Source of the DNA: the human T2T-CHM13v2.0 reference genome, Homo sapiens
Direction: 5' to 3' (one strand)
Assembly: GCF_009914755.1 (NCBI RefSeq)
Contig: NC_060930.1
DNA: 64,000 bases
Each line of letters begins with the position of its first letter. Positions within the stretch are counted from its first letter, which is position 1. Below are positions 1 to 12,098 of this stretch, piece by piece. The translations under genes were made by a program, and so were the position numbers. The notes beneath the pieces were generated by a model that was not told the origin of the DNA, ran no database searches, and saw only the letters and a list, made by a program, of their open reading frames with translations.

Positions 1-2522
1 GAAGCTTCCTCATTATTGTGTGATAGTAAACAAGAAGCCATCAGGATTTCACTTCAAAATGCACCAATTCAATTTTGAGGGAAAGAAATTTGCTAGTGTT
101 AGAGCCTAGGGCTACACATGATCGCCATGAGGCTACAGTTTCTCCTCGGTGTGCCATCTCTCTCTCTTTCTGGTAGTGCAAAATGAATTTTAGTTGGCAT
201 TTCAGCATGGCTCACAGCTTCGTCTTCTTGATTGAATGCCAAGCATGAACTAAAATATATCAGATGTTTTGTCTGCCTAGTGCCACGTTATGTGGGTGGA
301 AGTCTGTGCAGTTCTACTGGAGGAACAAAACAATAGGATTAGCAGCAAGCGGGAAGCTTCAAGTAAATGATTAAACATTGGAAGGGAAAGAAAAAATGAA
401 TATTACCAGGAAGTAGGGGCTGAGGTCCTGTATGTATGAGCCTGCAGAGGTGTGCGGTGCCCTGGCATGTGTTCCCTGGAATAAAAAGGAATGATTGGCA
501 AGTGAAAGCAGTGCACATATATTCAGGAATAATTGTGCTGATTTGAAAAGAGCAACAGTATAAAACCAAGACAAAGCAAATGAAATCCAATTTATGCCAA
601 AGAGTAAGAAAGTTTATAATACTCAATAAACCCTCAAATCACCTAAGAAAGAAATGGGCAGAGAATTGTTGCCATTAATGAGATGGGAGCAATTCACGAT
701 GAGAACGTGACCATTTGCAGCATGCACTCCTCACATCTTGCAAGCCTTGGGGCTTCTGAACACTCACTCCTCCTATTTACTTTCTGAAACTTAATTGAGG
801 AAAAGGAGGAAACTGTATCCTTGATATGAGTTGTACTTGCTGCTCCCTGGGTTGGCTTTAGCTAGTAGAATTCCTGGGTTCCTTTGTGTGTGAGGTTTTG
901 CCTTTGATTTGACTGGATGATAGATTATCCTCGTCTCTAAAGGAAACAAGTTAGAGAGGTAACTGTGTCATAGTATGTACTTTAACTTCTGAAAACAATG
1001 TCAATTTTTCTTTCTCATCACTTTCTTCAGTTGGTCCTGCCTTGTTGTTGGACTCATTATAAAAAAGCCAGGTTTTCCATGCCCAGACACATTAACTATC
1101 AGGGATGTGTCCTTCTCTGAGACAAGTCTTGATTTTACTGCTTCCTGCTGAGCCTGACTGCTGGCATTGGTCCTAATCAACTGGAAAATAAATGGAGCTT
1201 CCCAGGTCTTGAGTCAACACTGAGCCCCTGTTTTCCTGATGCTGCCAGCTGCCAGCCAGCCCATTGCCAAGAAACCATGCCAGAGCTCATGTTCCCTTAT
1301 TTTCTCTCTACTTCCTTTTCCCTATCTGCTCTCCACCTCTGCTGTAATGCCTCCGGGCATTTTCTTAGTTCACTCTGTTTTCAAATCTTTCTTTATTACT
1401 CAGACGTCTGGGAACATTCTTGCTGTGTTTCATTGCTGTGTATTTTTTTCCATAAAATACTTCTTAACTAGATGGTGTCACCTTGAACAAATGAAAGGGA
1501 ATATATTTTAGGTTTTCTTTTGTATCCACCCTGACCCTCCAACCCTTCAGTTCCCCAACCCCAGAAGGGCCCAGGACAATGCGAGATACTCATCAATGAA
1601 TGACTAAATGATTAAATTTCCTGAAGGATAATTCAGGTTTTTTTTTTCCCCTCCAGAAGTTCTCTTGATTTATTCTCTTACTCTTTATTATCTTATTCAT
1701 CAATTATTTCCTTTCTCAACTCTTATCTTAAACTTATCCCTTCCTTTGGGATCCTTGTTCTCAATCTAGAAACATGTTTATGTCTCTCATCTGAAACAAA
1801 TGAATAAAGACAAAACAAAACAAGCACAACCTTTCCCTTGACTCTGTCTCCCATTGGTTAATTCAACATTTGTTTCCTGTGCCTACTATGCGCCACTGTT
1901 CTGGGGGCTGCATGGAGGCAGAACAGTTGCTTCTCTCATGGATCTAGGGAGAGGATTCAGATAAAAAATATATATATATATATATCCACAGGAAAAGCTC
2001 CAGCTACAGCTTTGTTATTCAGGCCTAGGCTATTTGGAGTCTTGGTTAGAAGGCCTTCCACTGGCCCTTCCAGCAGGCTGATTTAGCTTTGGTGACTGGG
2101 TGTGGGCTGGATATTAGGCCTCCTGACCTCCTGTCTCCCATAAATCTGCACAAGGGCCCTCAGCAGCCCCAGTCTCCTCTTTCCTCCCAAGCCTGCTTAG
2201 AAGACTAGCCTGTAATTGCACTCCCTATTCTTTAACCAGCAGCAACCTGGTCCCAGTGCCTACCACATGACCTCCATGCTAGGGCCCATGGGGTTTGGTT
2301 CCTAATTACATGTCCTTGGGCCTTAGACATTATTACCCATTTCTCCACTGGGTTTCACCTTTTCTTGTCCACCTCTATGTCCCTAGTTGCTCTTTCTGAC
2401 ATCAGCCCTCTTCTCTTCTCACTTTATGTTTCCAAGAAGCAGTCTCACCCATCTGCCAGCTTTAATCACACCACCTCACTGATGAACCCCAAGTTGTCTT
2501 CAGATCTCCATTTCCCAATTCC

Positions 2523-2671
2523 CAAGGCCTAGCTTCATGGGCGTATGACTGGTGCAGTGGCACAGGACACCATGCTTAGAAGGTTAAGCATTAAATCCTC
2601 CCTGGGGATTTAATGCTCTGTGGTCGCCATCTTGGAATTCTTAAACTTCTTTGAAATTTGAATTGGTATTC
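2523..2671 (+). mobile_element. MER45-family hAT DNA transposon fragment, interrupted by an MLT1 LTR
   Basis: GCTTCATGGGCGTATGACTGGTGCAGTGGCACAGG...TTTAATGCTCTGTGGTCGCCATCTTGGAATTCTTAA resembles the recalled MER45 5' end. Confidence 0.6.
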
Positions 2672-3094
2672 TGTAAGTCTATCAGTCTGCTCAGGCCACC
2701 ATAACCATGTACCACAGACTGGGTGGCTTAACCAATAGAAATGTATTTTCTTGCAATTCTGGAAATGAAGGCCAAAAGCAAAGTGCCAGCAGGGTAGGCT
2801 TCCTCTGAGGGCTGTCAGGAAAGGCTCTGTTCCAGGCCTCTCTCCCTGCCTTGCAGATAGCCACCCCCATGCTGCCTCTTCATATCGGAGTCCTTCTGTA
2901 TCCATATGCCCCATGGTGTCTCTCTGTGTGTACTCTTCTTATAACAACAGTCAGATTGGGGTAGGGCCCACCCATATGATCTCATTGAACCTAATCACCT
3001 TTTTCAAGGCCCGATCGCCAAATACAGTCACATTCTGAGGTACCAAGGCTTAGGACATATGAATTTTGGGGGACACCATTCAGCCCATCGCAGC
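2672..3094. mobile_element. MLT1-type MaLR solo LTR
   Basis: Typical MLT1 motifs: TACCACAGACTGGGTGGCTTAA, CCAAATACAGTCACATTCTGAGGTAC, GGGGGACACCATTCAGCCCA. Confidence 0.75.
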
Positions 3095-5197
3095 AATTGA
3101 AGTCAGATGAGGCAATGAAGCACGCGCTTAGGGCTTAGAGTCGTGGCTCTCTGTGGCCCTGCTTTCTGCCACCTTCCCAGGACACATTCTCAGGTGCCTC
3201 CCTGCCTCTTGGCCTTCTGGCCACCCAGCAACCCCTTCCTTCCACACTTAGAAGGCACATGGGCACAGGTGCTGGGAGGACCAGGGTCAAGCCATCCTAG
3301 CCCCGGGATGTCAGTGCCACTGCATGTTTGGAGGTGATTTGGCAGGGGCAAGCCTTGCACCCACCCCAATCCAGGTATCCAGCATATCCTGGTTGATGTT
3401 GCAATTCCTTGGGATTTCCTGAAGTCCATGGACCTATGGAAGGCTGTGGGAAAGGAAAGTGACTTCCCCCACTTCCTAGCCCTGGGTCATTCAGCCTTTT
3501 TGAGAATTTGACTAAAGTTAGACAACCTCTCTCTACCCTGGAAAGTTGACATACATAGACAGCCATGATTTTTATATATATTAAGCGGGTGATGAACTTC
3601 ATAAAAGCTACTCTGTGCACCTCTTGTGATTTGGCCCTGCTTACCTTTCCAGCCTCATGTCAACTCTGCTTTCACCATGCTGCAGCCCTCTTGAATCAGC
3701 AAAGCCATTCTCTGAATGCATTGTATCCTTCCACGCGTGTTTTTGCAAGCGCTCTTTCCTCTGTCTACCATATGCTTTCCTTCATTAGCATTGTAAAAAA
3801 CTTCAAAATTAAAATTACATTCTGTCTTCTTAGAGAATCCATGCTGTCACCTCCTACTTCCTATAACCTAAGTTAAACCAAGTGCTCCTCTAGGACATCC
3901 ATGAGTCTAAAAGGTTTATAATACTAAGTTTTTATTATTTCCTTACCTTTGTCCTTTCTACAGGATTGTGAGCATTTTGAGGACAAGGACTGTGTTTTAA
4001 TCATTGCTATTTTCCTGGTGTCTAGGACAGAGCTGAGCACAGTCAATGTTTGCAAATATCTGTTGAAAGATCAAATGAATGCATTCCTGAATGAACGACT
4101 GAAAGAGAAGTATGAGCTTGTGGTGAGCTCATTTTGGAGCCAAACGGTGCTGGGTTTAAATCCTGGCTCTCTTGAAGACTAGTATTGTGACCTAAGGGAG
4201 ATTACTCTAAAGCCTCTGTTTTCTAATCTTGAAATAAGGCAAATGGAATTTACCTCAAGACAAACCATTGTCAACTTATATTGATGAACAACAGCTATAG
4301 CTACATATAACTTAGTCCTGTCACTAAATTTCTGTGAGTTATCTTGGAATGAAAAGACAAAATTAAAAGACAATGAAGCTGTATTCTTGCAGATTAATTT
4401 ATTAAGAACAACAGTAAAAATATACTCATTGAATGTCTACTGGGTAGAAGACATTATGCTAGGACCTGTGGAGAAATTAAATATAAATTAATATTTGGCC
4501 TATGGAGGAGTTAAGGTATACAGTATAGGCTAAATTTTAAAATAAAGTAGGAAATGTCAGGTGCCATAAGAGAGGTATCAGATTTTAGATTAAGAGTTCG
4601 TTTGTAGCTGAGACAATGAGGAAGGCTTTTTGGGACAAGTGGTGTTTGAAAAGACCTTTCCTACAAAGGAAAGGTCAAAAGATTTTTGCTGACAGTGGAG
4701 GAAGGAAGACAGGAATGAATGCAACCATGAGGAGGTGGAGATATCTAGGAGAGAAATGTGGGCTTGGCCATCCTATTGATGTCATTGTTTCACCAGATGC
4801 TGCAGTTTCAGCTTCTGAAACCAAGGGTTAGTGACCTGCCTTTTTCACAAAGTACAATGTGCCCTGGTTTTCTGTCTGGAGCCATTGATGCTCTGCCCAG
4901 AACAAGGCCACCTGATGCCGACAGCTAAGGCAGAAATTGGCCTGTTCACACCGTAGCCCCTCAGAAGCAGCAGTTTTGTCACTCTTTTTCACAATGCCCT
5001 GAAGACACTTGGCAGAGGCTCTACTGCAGGGGTGAGGAATCACATCCCTGTGAATAGGAATGAGCAACTGGAACTGGTGTGGACACTTGGGGAATGATTA
5101 ATAAATCTTATCACAGATTGTCAAATTATGTTATTTAGAATCAAACTGCTTGTGGATGAGGCAGAAGATACATACACACACTATAAAGATGGTTTTC

Positions 5198-5847
5198 TCT
5201 AATGACCAGTGATGATGAGCTTTTTTCCATATGTTTGTTGGCTGCATAAATGTCTTCTTTTGAGAAGTATCTGTTCATATCCTTTGCCCACTTTTTGATG
5301 GGGTTGTTTTCTTCTTGTAAATTTGTTTAAGTTGCTTGTACATTCTGGATATTAGACCTTTGTCAGATGGATAGATTGCAAAAATTTTCTCCCATTCTGT
5401 AGGTTGCCTGTTCACTCCAAATGCCCATCAATGATAGAATGGATAAAGAAAATGTGGCACACATACACCATAGAATACTATGCAGCCATAAAAAAGGATG
5501 AGTTTGTGTCCTTTGCAGGGACATGGATGAAGCTGGAAACCACCATTCTCAGCAAACTAACACAGGAACAGAAAACCAAATGAGCATGTTCTCACTCATA
5601 AGTGGGAGTTGAACAGTGAGAACACATGGACACAGGGAGGGGAACATCATACACCGGGGCCTGTCGGGGGTGGGCGGCAAGGAGAGGAAGAGCATTAGGA
5701 CAAATACCTAATGCAAGCGGGGCTTAAAACCTAGATGACAAGTTGATAAATGCAGCAAACCACGCTGGCACATGTATACCTATGTAACAAATCTGTACAT
5801 TCTGCACATGTATCCCAGAACTTAAAATTAAAAAAAAGAAGAAGAAG
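5198..5847 (+). mobile_element. 5'-truncated, 5'-inverted L1PA element (twin-priming structure)
   Basis: 5198-5417 is antisense L1 ORF2 3' sequence; 5418-5837 is the sense ORF2 end and 3'UTR with an A-rich tail; degenerate TSD AAAGATGGTTTTC (5185-5197) / AAAAATGGTGTTC (5848-5860). Confidence 0.85.
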
Positions 5848-6014
5848 AAAAATGGTGTTCAAAATATTTCATTTTACAAGTGGTAATGAAACTGAGCTTT
5901 TAAAAAAAAATCAGTGATGAGATGTCATTTCCAGGAATCCTCTTTTGGCACCACCAGCTTGAGTTCATCACACTGCCACCAGCCTGCATGGGTGCTGCAT
6001 TTCCCCTGCTGCTG

Positions 6015-6250
6015 TATAATGGTGGTTAAACTATGGTTCTGGGGCACCAGGCTTCCTGACCTTGAAGGCAAGCTCCTCTATTGACTAGCATATGACCTTG
6101 GGCAGTTCCTTTAACCTTCCTAAGTTACAGTTTCTCATCAGTAAAATGGAAATGGTGGCAATACCTGTCTAATATGGCATATGGAGAGTAGTAAAAGAAA
6201 TGACTAGTGCAGTAAAGAACATCTCAGTGCCTGCCACACAGCAAGTGCTT
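6015..6250. mobile_element. MIR SINE
   Basis: MIR core-like TGACCTTGGGCAGTTCCTTTAACCTTCCTAAGTTACAGTTTCTCATCAGTAAAATGG. Confidence 0.7.
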
Positions 6251-7034
6251 TCTCTCCAGATACCAGCGTGACTTCTTTCTGTCTCATCTCCTTTAGATCT
6301 TTACTCCACTGTGAAGCCATCTTTGACCATCCCATTTAAAAATGCACCCCCTACCTCCAAACATTATCCCATTTCCTCCCTTCTTTTTTGTCCACCGCAC
6401 TTCATCACTATCTCACATACTATGTATTTTAGTTATTTGTTATGTTTATGCCTGTCTCTTTAGTAGAATGCAAGCACCAAGCACCTGTATTCCCAGATCA
6501 ATGCCTGGCATGCAATAAGGACTCAAGGGAGGAAGAGATGAGCCAGCCCTGCTATGCTGAAACTACTCCCGGCCCAGTGCTAGCCCTTTGGGACCCCGTT
6601 TGAACGTCTGACTGCCCTTTGACACCTGGACCAGTGGGCAGGAAGAGAAACTAAAATCGAGGTAGTAATTTAAGCAGCACATTATGGGGGGGCTCTGGCC
6701 TTACTGAACTTGAACTCAATGCTGCCGATTTTTCATAAGCCTTGATTCATGATACCCCACTCCCTCTTGCTCAGCTAATGAGCTCCTCCTGTTACCCAAA
6801 GTTGACCCGAGGGACCCACTGCAGAGCCCGGGATGGCAAAGAATTCTCTGACTCAGGCTCTGACCCGGACTCGGAGGGGCAAAGTGAGCAGGAAAGGGAT
6901 CTGCAAAGCTCACCTCCTCTTGGCCAAGGCGGCCTCGCGCTGGGGAGGCGGCTCTCGCGCTGGGGAGGCGGCTCCCGCGCTGCAGCCCTGCTCCGGCGCC
7001 CCGCGCCGCCTCCGCTGCGGGTCGGGAGCGCGCG

Positions 7035-7174
7035 TCTCCGCCGCACCTCGGATCTAGGAGCTACTCGCCCGGCCCTGGGCGGTGGGAGGCGGCGGCGGCG
7101 GCGGCGCTCGCGCACCTCGGAGGAGCCAGGAGCCGGAACCAGGGCCGAGCCCGCGGGCCGGGGCTAGCCAGCCG
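7035..7174 (+). other. MRAP2: MRAP2 non-coding exon 1 (5'UTR); 5' end approximate
   Basis: Lies in the CpG island, has no ATG, and ends at donor CCG|GTAACC (GT 7175-7176); joins the acceptor at 28603. Confidence 0.75.
7088..7105 (+). repeat. (GGC)6 trinucleotide repeat in the 5'UTR
   Basis: GGCGGCGGCGGCGGCGGC read directly. Confidence 0.9.
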
Positions 7175-9656
7175 GTAACCACGGGCGGGACAGGGCGCCC
7201 AGGGCGGAGCAAAGCCCGGGCGCTGGGTGCGGGGCGCGTGCAGCTTTGGTCAAGGCAGGGCTTGCTTGGGTTTGGGGGCAGTCTTTAGTTTAGAGGGGCT
7301 AGAGAATGGGGTGGGAGGAGGAGAATTGGGGTGTGAGGACGCCCACGGGAAGAGTGTGGACCCCGTGGAGAGCACCAAGTTTAAAACCTTCCCGGCAGCC
7401 CGCTGATGTGCGTGTGGACGCCGCTGGGCGTCCGAAAAGCCTGGAAGCGGCGGCGCTCGGGGCTTGGGTGGGCTTCCTCCCCTCCGCTGGGCCCCAGCGG
7501 CCGAGGCACACCCTTTCCCGCTGGTGAGAAAACTTTCCTTGCTGCGGCCCTCCTGCCGCCTTGGTGCCCTGCAACTGAGAGAGCCCCCCTGGGCTGGGGA
7601 AATGTGCTGGCTCCTGGCCCCGGGCGCGCCTCCATGCACTGGGCAGGGTTCTCAGATGATGCCTGGCTTGACAGTTGCTCATTCATTTTGTTTGGACTGG
7701 GGAGCCTGCTCGCAGGTCGTGTTACTGATTAGAGGGAAATAGGGGTTTTACACTTTCCCCGCCGCCCCACCCCGCAACCCGCCCCCGCTCCCCCCGCCCG
7801 CCCCGCGCCCCGTGCCCCGTGCCTTTCCCATCCTTTCTGTGTAATTAATTGAGGAAGGCAAAGAGTAGTCTCTGCAGAAACCTGTTTGGAGGCGTTGTGG
7901 TTTCCACAGCATGTTAGATGGCACAGAATCTCAGCCACTACTCTGCATTTAGTTTGACAACAGTGAAACACTCTGGTGTTTTGAAGGCAAAGGAAGCTTG
8001 AGGGAATGTGTCCAGGGAGACGAGAGAAGGGAACTCTTATGCATAAATTAATTCTTACGAAAACCCCAAAAGTAAACAGTAGTATTTTCAGTTTGCAGGT
8101 AGAGAAAATTAGATTGCGATATTAAATACGTTTTCCAAGGTGACTGCCCCAGTTAAGTAATAGTGGGGAGTAGGGGTCTGGAAGCTAGGACTGTGAGTCT
8201 AGTTTCCTTTAGGTACATTGCATGGGGTACACAGACAAGAACAGGTGCAGGAGAGTGACGAGGGCCTGCAAGGATAAGGTCAGGAAAGCCAGAGGCCACT
8301 GTGAGCTGGGGTACCCACAAGGAGTTTCGTTCTTATGAGGAAGATCATCCAGTGTTTATGGAAGAATAGATAATATTAACAGGTGATAGGAAAAGGAAGA
8401 GTTGCTTCCAGTCTGTATCTTTCTTTTCAAAGTGAGGCCAGCCTAAACCCTTTAAAGAGGGTCTCGAAGCCCGAAACTGGACTGGATTGTTCAAAACCCA
8501 AATGGCAGACGTCCTAGAGTAGTGAAAGCGGTTACAGTCATCTTTGTGCAGGTATGAGAGATGAGAATGGACCCAGGAGACTTTTTAAAAGAGGGAAACA
8601 TTGAATCCTGGCAACATTCTAGAACAAATTCTTTAAGATAGCTCAAAACTACCTAGGGAAGCATTTACAAATACTTACGCCAAACCAACTCCCTTCCCTT
8701 TTCTAGCAATCTACTGGGATATAGATCAGGGTATGCTGTATCCATTGTCTTCAAATGTGGGCTGTGACTCATTAGGCTAATGATCAGTTTAGTGAGTTGC
8801 AAATAGCAGTTTTTAAAACATGAAAGCCAAGAGAAAGAAAGATAAGATATCAGAGTGCATTGCAGGAGCAAGGGAAAGTACTGTTTTGTGAAGCGCGCGC
8901 TGGTGATGCATGTGTCCTGTTCTGTGTTGCTGATCCTGCTGCCTCTGCGTGAGTGTTCATACCCATCGCTAGCTGCCCCCTTTCAGCCTTCTGAGCTAGC
9001 CCCATTCTGGTCACAGTGGGGGTCATCTTCTTTTACCTTGCAGATTATGTCATCAACATATTCTGGAAAGCTGTTCGCTTCCTCCTCCCCATTTCTGTTG
9101 GCCCCCAGATGCTGAGGTATTTTGCCAATCAGAATTCATCTCTGAATTATTTATCTGTGACCTTTTTTGATAGTCACAGTTCATAGATAACTTTTATCAA
9201 ACATATTAAATTAGTTCAAATTGTATAAAGAGAATATCACATCTGTCCTTTTTAGCTTTCAAGGGAAATGTTTTCATTACTTGGAGTACAAAAAATATTG
9301 GAAGAACAATATTCTTATGATGTTTGTGTAATATATTTAAGGAACTATTATTATACCAAGCTATGATATTTGGAAGATTACCAGATAATGCCTCATTGTG
9401 TCATTTTCTGTCTAGTCTTTTTTTTTTTTTAAATTTTTCTCATTTTGGCTTTTTTTCCTAAATGAAATATCAAGGTAGATATATGAGAACCTCTCCATAA
9501 CTCTTGAACCCACTGGTTACTTCAAGAGTATGAGGGTTCATCATGCAAAGGAATATGAAGAAATGTTTTAATAAACAAAATGAAAAATAATATGAGGGTT
9601 GAGCAAGGAGGCCTTGTTGAATAGATTTACTTCCTTCATCCCAAAGCTAGTGATGG

Positions 9657-11284
9657 TGTATCTGAAATTGGTGGGTTCTTGGTCTCACTGACTTCAAGAA
9701 TGAAGCCACGGACCCTTGCGGTGAGTGTTAACAGTTCTTAAAGATGGTGTGTTCTGAGTTTGCTCCTTCTGATGTTCGGACGTGTTTGGAGTTTCTTCCT
9801 TCTGGTGGGTTTGTGGTCTCGCTGGCTTCAGGAGTGAAGCTGCAGACCTTCACGGTGAGTGTTACAGCTCATAAAGGCAGTGCAGACCCAAAGAGTGAGC
9901 AGCAGCAAGATTTATTGCAAAGAGGGAAAGACCAAAGCTTCCACAGTGTGGAAGGGGACCTGAGCGCCTTACCACTGCTGGCTCCAGTAGCCTGCTTTTA
10001 TTCCTTTATCTGACCCCACCCACATCCTGCTGATTGGTCTACTTTACAGAGAACTGATTGGTCTGTTTCACAGAGAGCTGATTGGTCCGTTTTGACAGGG
10101 TGCTGATTAGTGCATTTACAATCCCTGAGCTAGACACAGAGTGCTGATTGGTGTATTTACAATCCTCCAGCTAGACAAAAAAGTTCTCCAAGTCCCCACT
10201 AGATTAACTAGACACAGAGCACTGATTGGTGCATTTACAAACTTTGAGCTAGACACAGGGTGCTGATTGGTGCATTTACAAACCTTGAGCTAGACACAGA
10301 GGGCTGATTGGTGCATCCAAGAACCCCGAGCTAGACAAAGAGTGCTGATTGGTGTATTTACAATCCTCCAGCTAGACATAAAAGTTCTCTAAGTCCCCAC
10401 TAGATTAGCTAGACACAGAGCACTGATTGTTGCGTTTACAAACCTTGAGCTAGACACAGAGTGTTGATTGGTGTGATTACAAACCTTGAGCTAGACACAG
10501 AGTGCTGACTGGTGTGTTTACAATCCTTTAGCTAGACATAAAAGTTCTCCAAGTCCCCACCAGATTAGCTAGATACAGAGTGCTGATTGGTGCATCCACG
10601 AACCCCGAGCTAGACACAGAGTGCTGATTGGTGCATATACAATCCTCCAACTAGACATAAAAGTTCTCCAAGTCCCCACCTGATTCAGGAGCCCAGCTGG
10701 CTTTGCCTAGTGGATCCCATGCCAGGGCCATGGGCGGAGCTGCCCACCAGTCCCATGCCACAAGCCTGCACTCCTCAGCCCTTGGGCGGTTGATGGGACC
10801 AGGCGCCATGGAGCAGGGGGCGGCGCCCGTTGGGGAGGCTCGGGCAGTGCGGGAGCCCACCACGGGGTGGGGGGCTGGGCTCTGGCATGGCGGGCTGCAG
10901 GTCCTGAGCTCTGCCCCACAGGGAGGCGGCTGAGGCCCGGTGAGAATTTGAGTGCGGCGCAGGCAGGCTGGCAGTGCTGGGGGACCTGGCGCCCCCTCTG
11001 CAGCTGCTGGCCTGGGTGCTAAGCCCCTCACTGCCCAGGGCTGGTGGGGCCCACTGAGTCTGCGCCCACCTAGAACTCACGCTGGCCAGCCCGGGTTCCT
11101 GCCCCTCTCTCTCCCTCCACACCTCCCCGCAAGCAGAGGGAGCCAGCTCCAGCCTCGGCCAGCCCAGAGAGGGGCTCCCACAGTGCAGCGGTGTGCTGAA
11201 GGACTCCTCAAGCATGGCCGGAGCAGACACTGCTGAGGAGGTGCTGAGAGTGAGCGAGGGCTGCTAGCATGTTGTCACCTCTCA
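9657..11284 (-). mobile_element. LTR12-family (ERV9) solo LTR, antisense to MRAP2
   Basis: Minus strand starts TGAGAGGTGACAACATGCTAGCAGCCCTCGC and ends AGACCAAGAACCCACCAATTTCAGATACA; ~41-bp CCAAT tandem array; 4-bp flanks ATGG/GTGG. Confidence 0.93.
10025..10682 (-). repeat. LTR12 U3 tandem array of CCAAT-box monomers (~41 bp)
   Basis: Repeated GCTAGACACAGAGTGCTGATTGGTGCATTTACAA; 11 intact ATTGG plus 3 degenerate copies. Confidence 0.9.
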
Positions 11285-11761
11285 GTGGGGCCATTTGAGG
11301 GTGAGTTGAGCTGTCCATGTGCTTCTTGCATTTGGGGCTCACACAGGGGCCTAGGTGGCTGGATCACTCACCTTCCCAGAGTTTGTTGGGCAAAGGATGT
11401 CTGAAGATGATCTGGGAGCCAGGTGGGGCCACATGGGAGGAAGGGCTGGCCTAAGGGCGAGGGCCCCTGGCAGCAGAAGTAGGAATGAGCAGCCAGCTGA
11501 AGGAAGGTGAGTATTACTAACACACCCATGTGAGGTATGAAGATAGTTAATTCAGTCCTTTCCTCCTGCTTTGGTCTTGGAGTGATGTGAAACTAGCTAG
11601 CAGTTGAGTGGATGGTGGAGAAATAGAAAAGAAGTTTACCTTCCCCCAACCCCAGCAGGAGACCAGCATGCAGCAGGACATTGCAGAAATAGGGCAGATT
11701 TGTGTTATAATGGGTCAGAGTTTCTTTTGTTTCCAAAGATTAGACATTTTAATTCTTTTAG

Positions 11762-12098
<337 letters not shown>

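Larger units (their letters stand above)
6800..7820. promoter_or_regulatory. MRAP2: CpG island / TATA-less promoter of MRAP2
   Basis: Sharp rise in GC and CpG density with multiple GC-box-like GGCGG/CCGCC motifs around exon 1, against a CpG-poor background. Confidence 0.9.

Noticed and set aside
1-2500. Largely unique upstream sequence with short ORFs
   Set aside because: No recognisable protein, RNA gene or splice-consistent structure; regulatory function cannot be judged from sequence alone
7108-7200. Possible REST/NRSE site (GCACCTCGGA; ACCACGG...GGACAG)
   Set aside because: Only partial half-site matches with wrong spacing; not supportable without ChIP data
6716-7971. Many overlapping 65-141 aa ORFs
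   Set aside because: Stop-codon scarcity in a GC-rich CpG island; low-complexity R/G/P/A translations
10025-10682. Regularly spaced repeats resembling a CRISPR array
   Set aside because: The intervening sequences are themselves repeated, there are no cas genes, the DNA is eukaryotic, and this is the LTR12 U3 array
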